Source: an uncultured Gammaproteobacteria bacterium (GTDB taxonomy: Bacteria > Patescibacteriota > Patescibacteriia > CAZSQN01). Taken from it: 64,000 bases of DNA. Made by a program: the position numbers and the translations under genes. The DNA lies in NCBI GenBank assembly GCA_964609095.1, contig CAZSQN010000001.1, forward strand, positions 278,117-342,116, written 5' to 3'. The notes under the pieces were generated by a model. It was not told the origin of the DNA and did not search any database. It saw nothing but the letters and a program-made list of their open reading frames with translations. This document shows positions 39,602 to 49,831 of this stretch, in pieces (position 1 is the first letter of the stretch; each line of letters opens with the position of its first letter).

Positions 39602-41185
39602 ATGACTAATGAAAAACGGCCAAAACCGGTTGTTCTGATTATTTTAGACGGCTGGGGAGTGGCGCCGCCGCATGAAGGCAATGCCATTGCCCGAGCCAAG
39701 AAGCCGCGCATGGACGCGTTTGTCAGCGCTTATCCGGCTATGACATTGATTGCTTCTTCCAGAGAAGTCGGCTTGGATTGGGGCAAAATGGGCAACTCCG
39801 AGGTGGGGCACTTGAACATCGGCGCCGGCCGCGTCTATTATCAAACCTTGCCGCGCATCAATCGCGATATTGAAGTGGGAGAGTTTGCGCAAAATCAGGC
39901 TTTTCTCTCCGCGCTTGATCACGCGAAGAACAATAAATCCAAACTTCATCTGATCAGCTTGGTTTCCGCCGGAGGGGTGCATTCCTCCCTTGAGCATCTT
40001 TTTGAGCTGCTGCTGTTTTGCAAGAAAAATAAATTTTCCAATGTTTTTGTGCAGGCGATTTTAGACGGCCGCGATACTATCTACAATACGGGCATTGATT
40101 TTGTAATGGCGCTTGAGGCAAAAATGAAAGAGTTAAAAGTCGGCAAAATCGCCACTCTCTCCGGCCGCTATTACGCCATGGATCGCGATAATCGCTGGGA
40201 CAGGGTAAACGCGGTTTACGCGGCCATGGCCGACGGGGTCGGGGCAATCGCCGATTCGGCGGTCGCCGCGATTGAAGCGTCTTACGCTAATAAAGTTTAT
40301 GACGAGGAATTTGTTCCGACTGTCATCGCTCCTCGCGGCGTTCCGGCGGCAAAAGTTGAAGACGGGGACGCGGCGATTTTTGTAAACTTCCGTCCGGACA
40401 GGGCGCGGCAGCTCACGCGCGCTTTTGTGATGCCGAATTTTACGAGCTTTTCTCGCCGGCAAATTTCCAATTTGTATTTTGTCACCATGACTGAATATGA
40501 GCATGGTTTGCCCGTGACGGTCGCTTATCCGCCGGAAGTGATTGCCACCAACTTGGCGCAAGTGATTTCGGAAAACGGATTAAAACAGCTGCACATCGCG
40601 GAAACGGAAAAGTACGCCCATGTCACCTTTTTCTTAAACGGGACGATAGAAGAGCCGTATAAAAATGAAGATAGGGCGATTGTTCCTTCCCCGCGCGTTT
40701 CTTCCTACGACCAAAAACCGGAAATGAGCGCGCCCGAGATTGCCAAACGGGTGGTCAAAGAAATTAACGCCGATAAATATGATTTTATCGCGCTGAATTT
40801 TGCCAACGCCGATATGGTGGGGCACACCGGTTCCATAGAAGCCACGATTAAAGGTATTGAAGCAACTGACGCGGCTATCGGCGAGATAGTTGATGCCGCG
40901 CTGGCCCATGACGGCGTGGCGCTTATTACCGCCGACCATGGCAACGGCGAAGAGGTAACGAATCTGCAGACGGGCGAGATTGATAAAGAGCATTCCACAA
41001 ATCCCGTTCCGTTTATTATCATAGGCAGGCAGTGGGAAGGTCAGACCGGCGGCGCGGTTGAAGCGGTGGGCGGGGACTTGTCTTTGACTCCACCGGTAGG
41101 CATGCTGGCAGACGTGGCACCCACGGTTTTAAAAATTATGGGCCTGCCCCAGCCGGAAGAGATGACCGGCAGAGCGCTGATTTAA
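39602..41185 (+). CDS. gpmI: 2,3-BPG-independent phosphoglycerate mutase
   Basis: ILDGWG, GNSEVGH, GRYYAMDRD, AETEKYAHVTFF, DMVGHTG, TADHGN. Confidence 0.98.
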   Translation: MTNEKRPKPVVLIILDGWGVAPPHEGNAIARAKKPRMDAFVSAYPAMTLIASSREVGLDWGKMGNSEVGHLNIGAGRVYYQTLPRINRDIEVGEFAQNQAFLSALDHAKNNKSKLHLISLVSAGGVHSSLEHLFELLLFCKKNKFSNVFVQAILDGRDTIYNTGIDFVMALEAKMKELKVGKIATLSGRYYAMDRDNRWDRVNAVYAAMADGVGAIADSAVAAIEASYANKVYDEEFVPTVIAPRGVPAAKVEDGDAAIFVNFRPDRARQLTRAFVMPNFTSFSRRQISNLYFVTMTEYEHGLPVTVAYPPEVIATNLAQVISENGLKQLHIAETEKYAHVTFFLNGTIEEPYKNEDRAIVPSPRVSSYDQKPEMSAPEIAKRVVKEINADKYDFIALNFANADMVGHTGSIEATIKGIEATDAAIGEIVDAALAHDGVALITADHGNGEEVTNLQTGEIDKEHSTNPVPFIIIGRQWEGQTGGAVEAVGGDLSLTPPVGMLADVAPTVLKIMGLPQPEEMTGRALI

Positions 41186-41265
41186 AAAAATTATTTGCAT
41201 TAATCTCTTAGTCGTGCGACTAAGCGACTATCTTTCAGCGATGGTTTGTATTAAGATAATTTTCT

Positions 41266-41526
41266 ATGCGTGAAACAACCAAATGTCTTAAAGCTCTTGC
41301 CAATGAACGGCGTCTTAAGATTTTGCGCGAGCTCGCCAAACACGAACCGCTAATCATTAACGAGATCGCAGATCGCATCGGCCTTTCTCTAAAAAGCACC
41401 TCCAAGCATATCCAAAAGCTTACCGGCTGCAATATGATTGAACGAGAGCAAAAATCGCTTCAAGTATATTGTTATCTAAATCGCAAGCATGCCATGTTGC
41501 GCTCTCTGCTTAATCATTTAAATTAA
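41266..41526 (+). CDS. ArsR/SmtB-family HTH regulator
   Basis: LKALANERRLKIL...EIA..IGLS..STSKHI..L. Confidence 0.88.
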   Translation: MRETTKCLKALANERRLKILRELAKHEPLIINEIADRIGLSLKSTSKHIQKLTGCNMIEREQKSLQVYCYLNRKHAMLRSLLNHLN

Positions 41527-41598
41527 ATTTTTTTAATACTCTCCTGGTCGCACGACTAAGAGAGTATTAAAAATAAAAAATCCCGCTTAAGGCGGGAT

Positions 41599-42060
41599 TT
41601 ATTCGTGAGAACAGGACCAGCCGCGGTAATCGCAAAGGTAAAATTCGCGGCAATCAGCCATATTTTTGTGGCAGCCGCGCCTGTCGGCTTGCGGGCAGTA
41701 GTAGGGGTGGCTTGGCGGGCAGGCGAAAAACATATTATTGCAGCAGTTGGCCATATCCTCCACGGAGAGGCAGCGATGGAGATTGCCGCCGCATTCAAAT
41801 ACCGGTTCGTCGCAATCCACCTCCGTGCTCCAGCAGCCGCCGTCCCCGCAATCCTGCGCGTAATCCTTCCGCAAACCTTCAATGGCGCAAATCGTTTCCT
41901 GGTATCTTGATGATTCAAAACCCGCCGGAGAAGGGCTGCTTCGTAGGCGCGTTTCTCCTTGATATTGTTCGTCCCAGCTGTGAAGATGATCCATATCGGC
42001 AGGAGTGCCAGCTGTGCACGATGCGAACAAAATAGAAAGAGCGATTCCCGCATATTTCAT
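41599..42060 (-). CDS. Cys-rich lipoprotein
   Basis: SD AGGAGG, lipobox FASC, many Cys in the C-terminal half. Confidence 0.7.
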   Translation of the reverse strand: MKYAGIALSILFASCTAGTPADMDHLHSWDEQYQGETRLRSSPSPAGFESSRYQETICAIEGLRKDYAQDCGDGGCWSTEVDCDEPVFECGGNLHRCLSVEDMANCCNNMFFACPPSHPYYCPQADRRGCHKNMADCREFYLCDYRGWSCSHE

Positions 42061-42180
42061 CTGACCTCCTTATAGGGGAGGCGGCAACTGTATCATTTTT
42101 TTTCAAAACTGTCTAGCCGTTAGCGCGTTTTTATTTTAAGTGGTAAAATTAAACTATAATTCATTTTTTAAATAGATTTT

Positions 42181-42570
42181 ATGAATAAGTTTTTTTTAGT
42201 TTTAGGCGCGTTAATTCTTTTTGGCGGCGGCTGCGCTCTTGCTCCGCAAGCTCGGCGCGAATCTCCGCCTGTTGCCGCAGAAAGCAAAACCGGAAATGAG
42301 GTTATGGTAGAGATGACGGCCAATGGCTTTAATCCGCCGGCGTTTGATATTCAAGTCGGCACGACTGTTAAGTTTGTAAATAAAGACACGGTTGCGCACT
42401 GGCCGGCTTCCGGAGTCCATCCGACCCACCAACTTTGCCCGGGCTTTGACGCGCTCAAACCTATTCCGCCGGGCGAATCATATTCATTTACATTTACGGT
42501 TGCCAAAACCTGCCCGATGCATGACCACTTGAATCCGGGCACGCGCGGCAGTATTACTATTGGAGAATAA
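42181..42570 (+). CDS. Cupredoxin (plastocyanin-like) lipoprotein
   Basis: GGGC lipobox; FNP, VGTTVKFVN.D..H, HDHLNP. Confidence 0.8.
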   Translation: MNKFFLVLGALILFGGGCALAPQARRESPPVAAESKTGNEVMVEMTANGFNPPAFDIQVGTTVKFVNKDTVAHWPASGVHPTHQLCPGFDALKPIPPGESYSFTFTVAKTCPMHDHLNPGTRGSITIGE

Positions 42571-42608
42571 AATTATGGCTGATGTGAAAAGCGTATAGAA
42601 AACCAAAC

Positions 42609-42827
42609 ATGAAGATTTTTGTTGCCGCAAAACCAAGCGCGAAAGAAGAAAAGGTGGAAGCGATTGACGAAAATCATTTTAGAATTGCGGTTAAAGAGCC
42701 GCCGTCGCAAGGAAAAGCCAATGAAGCCATTATCAAGGCGGTTGCTCGCCATTTTGGCATTTCCGCGCAAAGGGTCAGGATTGTAGCCGGAGCAAGTTCG
42801 CGAAATAAAATGCTGGAAATTGTATGA
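42609..42827 (+). CDS. DUF167 (YggU-like) protein
   Basis: KPSAK, EPP..GKANEAII, G.SSRNK. Confidence 0.88.
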   Translation: MKIFVAAKPSAKEEKVEAIDENHFRIAVKEPPSQGKANEAIIKAVARHFGISAQRVRIVAGASSRNKMLEIV

Positions 42828-42945
42828 CCCCGCACATAACAATTGTTTATTATCGGCACAATGCGGGAAAGTAAAAGGTTAAGATATTATAATGTGCCCA
42901 GCGCATAATTCGTTATGTGCTGGGTTAAGTAAATTATGTGCGGGG
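42828..42945. repeat. CCCCGCACATAAC-type MITE-like element with TATGA flanks
   Basis: Terminal IR CCCCGCACATAA/TTATGTGCGGGG; TATGA on both sides. Confidence 0.75.
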
Positions 42946-42946
42946 T

Positions 42947-43231
42947 ATGACGGGCAAAATTAGAATTTTAGTCGTTATTTTTGTTTTGGCGGCCGTTGCC
43001 GTATCAAGTTGGCTTTATTTTGGCGCGAAAAAGGTTGTGATAGAGAAAGAGGAGTGCAAGCCAACCGGATGTTCGCGGCAGGTTTGCAGCGACGAAGAAG
43101 TTATTACCACCTGCGAGTATAAAAGCGAGTATGCGTGTTATAAAACCGCTAAATGCGAGAGGCAATCAGACGGCAAATGCGGCTGGAGCGAAAGCGAAGA
43201 GTTGCGCGCTTGTTTAGGAAGCTCTGGATAA
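42947..43231 (+). CDS. Membrane-anchored cysteine-cluster protein
   Basis: CKPTGCSRQVC...TTCEY..EYACY..AKCE....KCGW. Confidence 0.75.
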   Translation: MTGKIRILVVIFVLAAVAVSSWLYFGAKKVVIEKEECKPTGCSRQVCSDEEVITTCEYKSEYACYKTAKCERQSDGKCGWSESEELRACLGSSG

Positions 43232-44425
43232 CCATTCATTCTTAAATTCCAAAAATTTTCCGCCGCGGATGGCCGTGCGGATTTTTTTTATTAAATTGAG
43301 CATGAAGGCGAGATTGTGAACCGTTGCCAGCCGGTAATAGGTAAGTTCTTTGGAGATAAAAAGGTGCCGCAGATAGGCGCGGGAGTAGCGCGAACAGGTT
43401 AAACAAGAACATTCGTTGTCAACGGGCGTTGTGTCCTCGGCATATTGAAGATTGCCAATATCAATCCTGAATTTATTTTTAGCTCCTGCGGCGCGGCAGT
43501 AGAGCGAGCCGTTTCGCGCAAGCCGAGTTGGCGCCACGCAGTCAAACATATCAATGCCTTGCTCTATCACGGTAAAAAAATCTTCAGGCGAGGCGCCTAC
43601 GCCCATGGTGTAGAGAGGTTTATTTTTGGGCAGAATCGGCTCAATCCATTCCAGCACTTCGCGCGTTTTTTTCATATTAAATCCGGTTGTTTCTCCGCCA
43701 ATGGCAATGCCGTCAAAGGGGAGCGAGGTGATGAATTTGGCAGATTCTTGCCGCAAATTTTTATAAATGCTTCCTTGGATAATACCAAAAAGAAATTGTT
43801 TGTGATTGGGAGCGCGAGTTCCGGCAAGATGAGCGTTTAAAGATTGCTGCGCCCATCTGTGTGTGCGTTCCATTGCCAGCCGCGCCTCTGCTTCGTTGGA
43901 AAAATCAGAGGTGCATTGGTCAAAAGCCATAATAATATCCGCGCCGAGCTGGTGCTGAATTTCTATTGCTCTTTCCGGATTAAAGCGGTGCGTAGAACCA
44001 TCTATATGCGAACGGAAGGTGACGCCTTCGTCATCAATTTGAGATAAGCCGTGGTCTGTTTTGGGATCCAAATCGTCGCTGGCTTCCGGCCTGGATTTCT
44101 GTCCCAAACTCCAGACCTGGAATCCGCCGGAGTCGGTCAAAATGGCGCGGTTCCAGTCCATAAATTTGTGCAGTCCGCCGAGCTTTTCAATTCTATCCGC
44201 GCCGGGACGCAAATGCAGGTGGTAGGTATTAGCCAAAATAATTTCCGCGTCTAATGCCTCTATATCGGCGGAGTCAAGTGATTTTATAGCGGCGGCGGTG
44301 CCCACCGGCATAAAAATAGGCGTTTTCACATCGCCATGGTCCGTGCGCAAAATACCCGTGCGGGCTAGAGTATTTTTATCTGTTGATGTTATTTCGAAGA
44401 ATTTCATAAAGTTGAATAGTATCAT
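43214..44425 (-). CDS. tgt: Queuine tRNA-ribosyltransferase
   Basis: TPIFMPVGT, NTYHL.LRPG, TDSGGFQ, DMFDCVAPTR, CSC..C, HN. Confidence 0.97.
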   Translation of the reverse strand: MILFNFMKFFEITSTDKNTLARTGILRTDHGDVKTPIFMPVGTAAAIKSLDSADIEALDAEIILANTYHLHLRPGADRIEKLGGLHKFMDWNRAILTDSGGFQVWSLGQKSRPEASDDLDPKTDHGLSQIDDEGVTFRSHIDGSTHRFNPERAIEIQHQLGADIIMAFDQCTSDFSNEAEARLAMERTHRWAQQSLNAHLAGTRAPNHKQFLFGIIQGSIYKNLRQESAKFITSLPFDGIAIGGETTGFNMKKTREVLEWIEPILPKNKPLYTMGVGASPEDFFTVIEQGIDMFDCVAPTRLARNGSLYCRAAGAKNKFRIDIGNLQYAEDTTPVDNECSCLTCSRYSRAYLRHLFISKELTYYRLATVHNLAFMLNLIKKIRTAIRGGKFLEFKNEWLSRAS

Positions 44426-44610
44426 TAAAAAGCTATTAAAGCAAGCACGGAGTCCGCGGTTTCGTGGAATTTTATAATAAGGAAAGATCTGTGGATAAAG
44501 TCGGTCCTTTTATTAAAATAATCGTCTGACAAAGACATTTTTAGCTGATTATTTGCTATAAATTTTAGAAAATGATATATTTTAAAAAATAATAAATTAT
44601 TTTTTAATTT

Positions 44611-47600
44611 ATGCGAAAACCAAGTTTTTATTCATTAATTAAAAAGACGACATACGGTATTGCCGTGTTGTCGATTTTATTTTCAATTCTTTCTATCTTA
44701 TATTTTTTTCCGGATTCGGCTTGGGCACACCCCTATCTTGACGCGCTTAATTATATCACGGGAGGCCGTCCATCAGCAGTTTTTATTGACGATTTTGATA
44801 ATGACGGCAACAAGGATATGGCCGTAGCTAATAATATTACCAGTTGGAATCTTTGGATTCTTCGAAATAATGGTAACGGCACATTTAGTTCCCCGACTCC
44901 TTATGGGCTGGGTACGTGCGGCGGGCGAGATGTCAAAGGCGCGGATTTTAACAGTGACGGCAACAAGGATTTGGCAATAAGCTGCGGGTCAGCTGTCAGA
45001 GTCGTGTTGGGCAATGGCGACGGAACATTTGGTTCGCCGGCAACATATGATATCGGTCCGAGTTACACGCTTCTTGGTTTGGATATTTCGGATTTTAATA
45101 ATGACACTAAACTTGATTTAGTTGTGGCTGATTATGATGCCAACGGAGTTTCTGTTTTGTTGGGCAATGGTGACGGAATATTTGGTTCTCCCTCATTTTT
45201 AAGCATGGGCGGTCTTGTTTATGATGTTGTTTCCGCCGATTTTGACAATGACGGCAACACGGATTTGGCAAGTGCCAATTATAGCTCCACTGTTACGGTT
45301 CGTTTAGGAAGCGGCAATGGGACATTTTATCCGTTAACATCATATAGCCTGCCAATGGGCGCCGTTAGTATTACCACCAATGACTTTAACGGCGACGGCA
45401 ATAAGGATCTGGCGGTTGCTAACATGGAAACTGATAGCATCTACGTTCTTCTGGGAACGGGAACGGGAAGCTTTGGAAACGCAACCAATTATTCCGCTGG
45501 CGACGGAGCTTATTCTGTCTTTAGCGCGGACCTTGACGGCGACGGCAATAAGGATCTGGCGGTTGCTAATTCCAATGCCAACACCGCCTCCATTCTTTTA
45601 GGAGACGGCAATGGCAGTTTTTCTCTTGGCGCTAATTATGGCGGCTTTGGCCTAAGTCCGAATTCTATTTCTGGCGCTGATTTAGATAATGATTCCAAAA
45701 TTGATTTGGCGGTTGCCAACTGGGGAAGCGGTGATATTTCTGTTCTGATAAGCGCCATTCCTCCAAATACCGCCATTACCAGCGCCACAGTGTCTAATGG
45801 CGGCACTACTACCAGCAGTTCTATTACTTTTAATTTTTCTGGCGCTGCCGGTGAGGCGCCGGTTGACCACCTTGAATGCTCTTTGGATGGCGGGGTTTAT
45901 ACCGTTTGCATCAGCCCCCAAACTTATTCCAATCTGTCTACCGGTGTCCATTCTTTTGCCGTTCGCGCCGTTGATGCGGGCGGCCTATCTGATCCAACTC
46001 CATCCGTCTGGGGTTGGACCATAACCGGAAGCGCGGTTCCTATTGATTACGGCGCCAATACTTACAACACGCGGGAACGTCCAACCGCAGTTTTTCTTGG
46101 CGATTTTAATAATGATGGCGCCAAGGATATGGCCGTAACCTATGCTATTAGCAGCGGTCTGAATTTTTCGATTTTTCTAAATAATGGCGACGGAACATTT
46201 GGTTCAGCAAGTAATTATGAATTGTGCCCGGGGCGAGATGTCAAAGGCGCGGATTTTAACAGTGACGGCAACAAGGATTTGGCAATAAGCTGCGGGTCAG
46301 CTGTCAGAGTCGTGTTGGGCAATGGCGACGGAACATTTGGTTCGCCGGCAACATATGATATCGGTCCGAGTTACACGCTTCTTGGTTTGGATATTTCGGA
46401 TTTTAATAATGACACTAAACTTGATTTAGTTGTGGCTGATTATGATGCCAACGGAGTTTCTGTTTTGTTGGGCAATGGTGACGGAATATTTGGTTCTCCC
46501 TCATTTTTAAGCATGGGCGGTCTTGTTTATGATGTTGTTTCCGCCGATTTTGACAATGACGGCAACACGGATTTGGCAAGTGCCAATTATAGCTCCACTG
46601 TTACGGTTCGTTTAGGAAGCGGCAATGGGACATTTTATCCGTTAACATCATATAGCCTGCCAATGGGCGCCGTTAGTATTACCACCAATGACTTTAACGG
46701 CGACGGCAATAAGGATCTGGCGGTTGCTAACATGGAAACTGATAGCATCTACGTTCTTCTGGGAACGGGAACGGGAAGCTTTGGAAACGCAACCAATTAT
46801 TCCGCTGGCGACGGAGCTTATTCTGTCTTTAGCGCGGACCTTGACGGCGACGGCAATAAGGATCTGGCCGCCGCTAACTATTATTCCAATACCGCCTCTA
46901 TTTTTGTCGGAGCCGGCGATGGAACCTTTTCTCTGGATTCTACTTATGCTGTTGGCACAAACCCTGATTATATCAATGGCGCTGACTTGAACAATGATTC
47001 CATAATAGATTTGGTAACCGCTAATCGGGGAAGCAATAATGTCACTGTTCTTGCTGGCGTTGATACCGTTGCTCCTAACACCACTATCACATCCGCGCCT
47101 GCCAATCCATCCACCTCTTCTTCCGCCTCTTTCAGCTTCACTTCGACCGAAACCGGAACATTTGAATGTTCGCTTGATGGCGGGGCATGGGAGGCCTGTT
47201 CATCGCCAAAGTCGTACAGCGGATTGTTCGAGGCAAGCCATTCATTTGAAGTACGGGCAATCGACGGCGCGGGCAATACGGATCCGTCGCCAGCTTCCTA
47301 TTCATGGACGGTTGACCTGACAGCTCCAGATACGACAATTACTTCCAGTCCGTCAAATCCTACAAATTCAACCTCCGCCTCTTTCAGCTTCACTTCGACC
47401 GAAACCGGAACATTTGAATGTTCGCTTGATGGCGGGGCATGGGAGGCCTGCTCATCGCCAAAGTCATACGGCGGCCTTTCTGACGGCAGCCATGCTTTTT
47501 CTGTGCGGGCCACAGATGTTGCCGGCAATACAGACGCGACACCGGCGTCGTATTCCTGGACAGTTGACACCATCGCGCCTAACACGACCATAACTTCCAA

Positions 47601-48090
47601 CCCCGCAAATCCTTCCAATTCCTCTTCCGCTTCATTTGAGTTTACTTCAAACGAGAGCGGGTCAAGCTTTGATTGCTCTTTAGACGGCGGAGCTTGGTTG
47701 GCGTGTTCGTCTCCAAATGGCTACAGCGGACTTAGCGAGGGAAGCCACGCTTTTGAAGTCAGGGCAACAGATAATGCCGGCAATACTGATCCGTCCCCGG
47801 CTTCTTATGCCTGGACAATTGATCTTACGCCGCCTGACACCACCATCACCTCTAATCCCGGCCCCGTGACCCTCTTGAATAATCCGGCAACATTCCAGTT
47901 TACTTCAACGGAATCCGGCTCAACTTTTGAATGTTCGCTGGATAGTGGAGCGTGGAGCGTCTGCAGCTCGCCGAAAACTTATGTCGGCCTGGCGCTTGGC
48001 AACCATACTTTCCGCGTGCGCGCCATAGATCAGGCGGGAAATATTGACGGCTCGCCGGCAACGCATAGCTGGACAGTGATAAATCTTTAA
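44611..48090 (+). CDS. Large secreted FG-GAP/VCBS-repeat protein with Ig-like repeats
   Basis: Many DFN.DG..DLAVAN repeats; five P(D/N)T.IT...ECSLD...VRA.D units; signal/TM N-terminus. Confidence 0.92.
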   Translation: MRKPSFYSLIKKTTYGIAVLSILFSILSILYFFPDSAWAHPYLDALNYITGGRPSAVFIDDFDNDGNKDMAVANNITSWNLWILRNNGNGTFSSPTPYGLGTCGGRDVKGADFNSDGNKDLAISCGSAVRVVLGNGDGTFGSPATYDIGPSYTLLGLDISDFNNDTKLDLVVADYDANGVSVLLGNGDGIFGSPSFLSMGGLVYDVVSADFDNDGNTDLASANYSSTVTVRLGSGNGTFYPLTSYSLPMGAVSITTNDFNGDGNKDLAVANMETDSIYVLLGTGTGSFGNATNYSAGDGAYSVFSADLDGDGNKDLAVANSNANTASILLGDGNGSFSLGANYGGFGLSPNSISGADLDNDSKIDLAVANWGSGDISVLISAIPPNTAITSATVSNGGTTTSSSITFNFSGAAGEAPVDHLECSLDGGVYTVCISPQTYSNLSTGVHSFAVRAVDAGGLSDPTPSVWGWTITGSAVPIDYGANTYNTRERPTAVFLGDFNNDGAKDMAVTYAISSGLNFSIFLNNGDGTFGSASNYELCPGRDVKGADFNSDGNKDLAISCGSAVRVVLGNGDGTFGSPATYDIGPSYTLLGLDISDFNNDTKLDLVVADYDANGVSVLLGNGDGIFGSPSFLSMGGLVYDVVSADFDNDGNTDLASANYSSTVTVRLGSGNGTFYPLTSYSLPMGAVSITTNDFNGDGNKDLAVANMETDSIYVLLGTGTGSFGNATNYSAGDGAYSVFSADLDGDGNKDLAAANYYSNTASIFVGAGDGTFSLDSTYAVGTNPDYINGADLNNDSIIDLVTANRGSNNVTVLAGVDTVAPNTTITSAPANPSTSSSASFSFTSTETGTFECSLDGGAWEACSSPKSYSGLFEASHSFEVRAIDGAGNTDPSPASYSWTVDLTAPDTTITSSPSNPTNSTSASFSFTSTETGTFECSLDGGAWEACSSPKSYGGLSDGSHAFSVRATDVAGNTDATPASYSWTVDTIAPNTTITSNPANPSNSSSASFEFTSNESGSSFDCSLDGGAWLACSSPNGYSGLSEGSHAFEVRATDNAGNTDPSPASYAWTIDLTPPDTTITSNPGPVTLLNNPATFQFTSTESGSTFECSLDSGAWSVCSSPKTYVGLALGNHTFRVRAIDQAGNIDGSPATHSWTVINL

Positions 48091-48196
48091 AGAGGTATTT
48101 CATCAGGCAACAAAATCAACAACCCCCCCTTTTTTTTGGAGGGGGTTTGTTTGTTTTCTTTCCGTTGCCAACTGCCCTGGAATCAGGAATAATGAA

Positions 48197-48284
48197 AATA
48201 CGAATCGCCACGGATAGGTGCGAATCGCGCGAATTCGCGGATATGCATATTCGATGATTCGCATAAAATTCGTAAATTCGTATT
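48197..48284. repeat. GCGAAT/ATTCGC-type palindromic repeat
   Basis: ATACGAAT..GCGAAT..GAATTCGC..ATTCGCAT..ATTCGTAT. Confidence 0.7.
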
Positions 48285-48292
48285 ATATTTTT

Positions 48293-49120
48293 ATGCCGGA
48301 GCTTCCCGAAGTAGAAACGATTAAAAGGCAGATGGAACGCGCCATTAAAGGGCGCACTGTTTTGGGTGTTGAAGTTATCAAATCTAAAAAGATAAACGTG
48401 CCGGCCAAAGAATTTATCAAGGCCGTAAAAGGCGCGAAAATAAAGAGCATTGGACGCCGCGCCAAAATGTTTATCATTGGTTTTAGCAGCGGCTGGACGG
48501 CTGTCATCCATTTAATAATGACCGGCCGGCTTTTACTTAAACCTCAATCCTCAAAGCCCACGCCGCATACTTTTGTTGTCTTCACGCTTGCCGGAGGCAA
48601 AAAACTTTTTTGGGACGATATCCGCAAGTTTGGATTTTTAAAAATGGTTAAGACAGAAAAATTGTCTGAATTTCTGGGAAGTTATGGTTTGGGCCCAGAG
48701 CCGCTCCAGAAAGATTTCAGCGCGGAGAAATTAAAACAATGCCTGCGCAAATACGGCCGCAAGAAGATTAAGCCGCTTCTAATGGAACAGCAATGCGTTG
48801 CCGGCATCGGAAACATTTACGCCGCTGAAATCCTGGCTTACGCCGGCGTGCACCCGCTACGTTTAGCAGGCGCGTTGTCCGAAAAAGAAGTTAAACGGAT
48901 GCACGAAGGCATGAAAAAGATTCTTTCCTCCGCCATTGCCAAGAGAGGCACCTCCGCCGACGCTTACGTGGACCTTTACGGGAAAACGGGTGAATTTGTT
49001 CCTGTGTTAAAAGTTTACGGACGCGAAGGGGAAAAGTGCGCTTATTGCCGCAAAGGCGTGATAAAAAAAATAGTTTTGGGAGGCAGAGGAACGTATTTTT
49101 GCCCGAAACACCAGAGTTAA
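48293..49120 (+). CDS. mutM: Formamidopyrimidine-DNA glycosylase
   Basis: MPELPEVET, RRAK, HL.MTG, GIGNIYA.E, zinc finger CAYC...CPKH. Confidence 0.97.
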   Translation: MPELPEVETIKRQMERAIKGRTVLGVEVIKSKKINVPAKEFIKAVKGAKIKSIGRRAKMFIIGFSSGWTAVIHLIMTGRLLLKPQSSKPTPHTFVVFTLAGGKKLFWDDIRKFGFLKMVKTEKLSEFLGSYGLGPEPLQKDFSAEKLKQCLRKYGRKKIKPLLMEQQCVAGIGNIYAAEILAYAGVHPLRLAGALSEKEVKRMHEGMKKILSSAIAKRGTSADAYVDLYGKTGEFVPVLKVYGREGEKCAYCRKGVIKKIVLGGRGTYFCPKHQS

Positions 49121-49191
49121 TTTCAGATTTCAAATTGTAGATTTCAAATTTAAAAAGTAAATCTAAAATCTGAAATCATAAATCTGAAATT

Positions 49192-49797
49192 ATGTTTGAT
49201 TCTCTCACCATAGATACATTGCGCGATTATTCATGGCTCGGTTATGCGATTCTGTTTATCGGCATGGTTTTTGAAGGCGAGTCGGTTTTGATGATTGTCG
49301 CCACTTCATCGCGATTGGGAATTATTTCACCGTTTTTTGTGTGGCTTTTCGCCGTCGCCGGCGTGATTGTCGGCGATATTTTCTGGTTTCTGCTTGGCGG
49401 AAAAGTCGGCGCGAAACTTCTCTCCCGTTACGGAAAAATCCTTTTTATCACGGAGGCGCGCGTGGCGGCGCTCTCCCGCTACCTGAATTCCTCGCAAAAG
49501 AAGGCGGGCGGCCTTATTTTTCTGGCAAAGTATCTATACGGCTTTACGCATTTGACCTTAATCACAATCGGCGCCTCGCGCTTGCGGTTTCGGACATTTA
49601 TTATTTACACCGTTCCGGCGGCAATACTGTGGGTTTCAATTTTTTTTGCCGCCGGATACGTTTATGCCGACGCGGTTAAGGATTTAGAAAATAATCTGCC
49701 GCGCGTTCTCGGAGGGCTCGCGCTTATTATCGTTATAGTGACTTTTGTATCAAAATTATTGGGAAGATATTTTGAGAAAAAGCATTTAAAAATATAA
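49192..49797 (+). CDS. DedA-family membrane protein
   Basis: FEGESV, GD..WF.LG, conserved TM pattern. Confidence 0.88.
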   Translation: MFDSLTIDTLRDYSWLGYAILFIGMVFEGESVLMIVATSSRLGIISPFFVWLFAVAGVIVGDIFWFLLGGKVGAKLLSRYGKILFITEARVAALSRYLNSSQKKAGGLIFLAKYLYGFTHLTLITIGASRLRFRTFIIYTVPAAILWVSIFFAAGYVYADAVKDLENNLPRVLGGLALIIVIVTFVSKLLGRYFEKKHLKI

Positions 49798-49831
49798 TGC
49801 GAATCCGCCAATGAAGGCGAATGCCGCGAAT

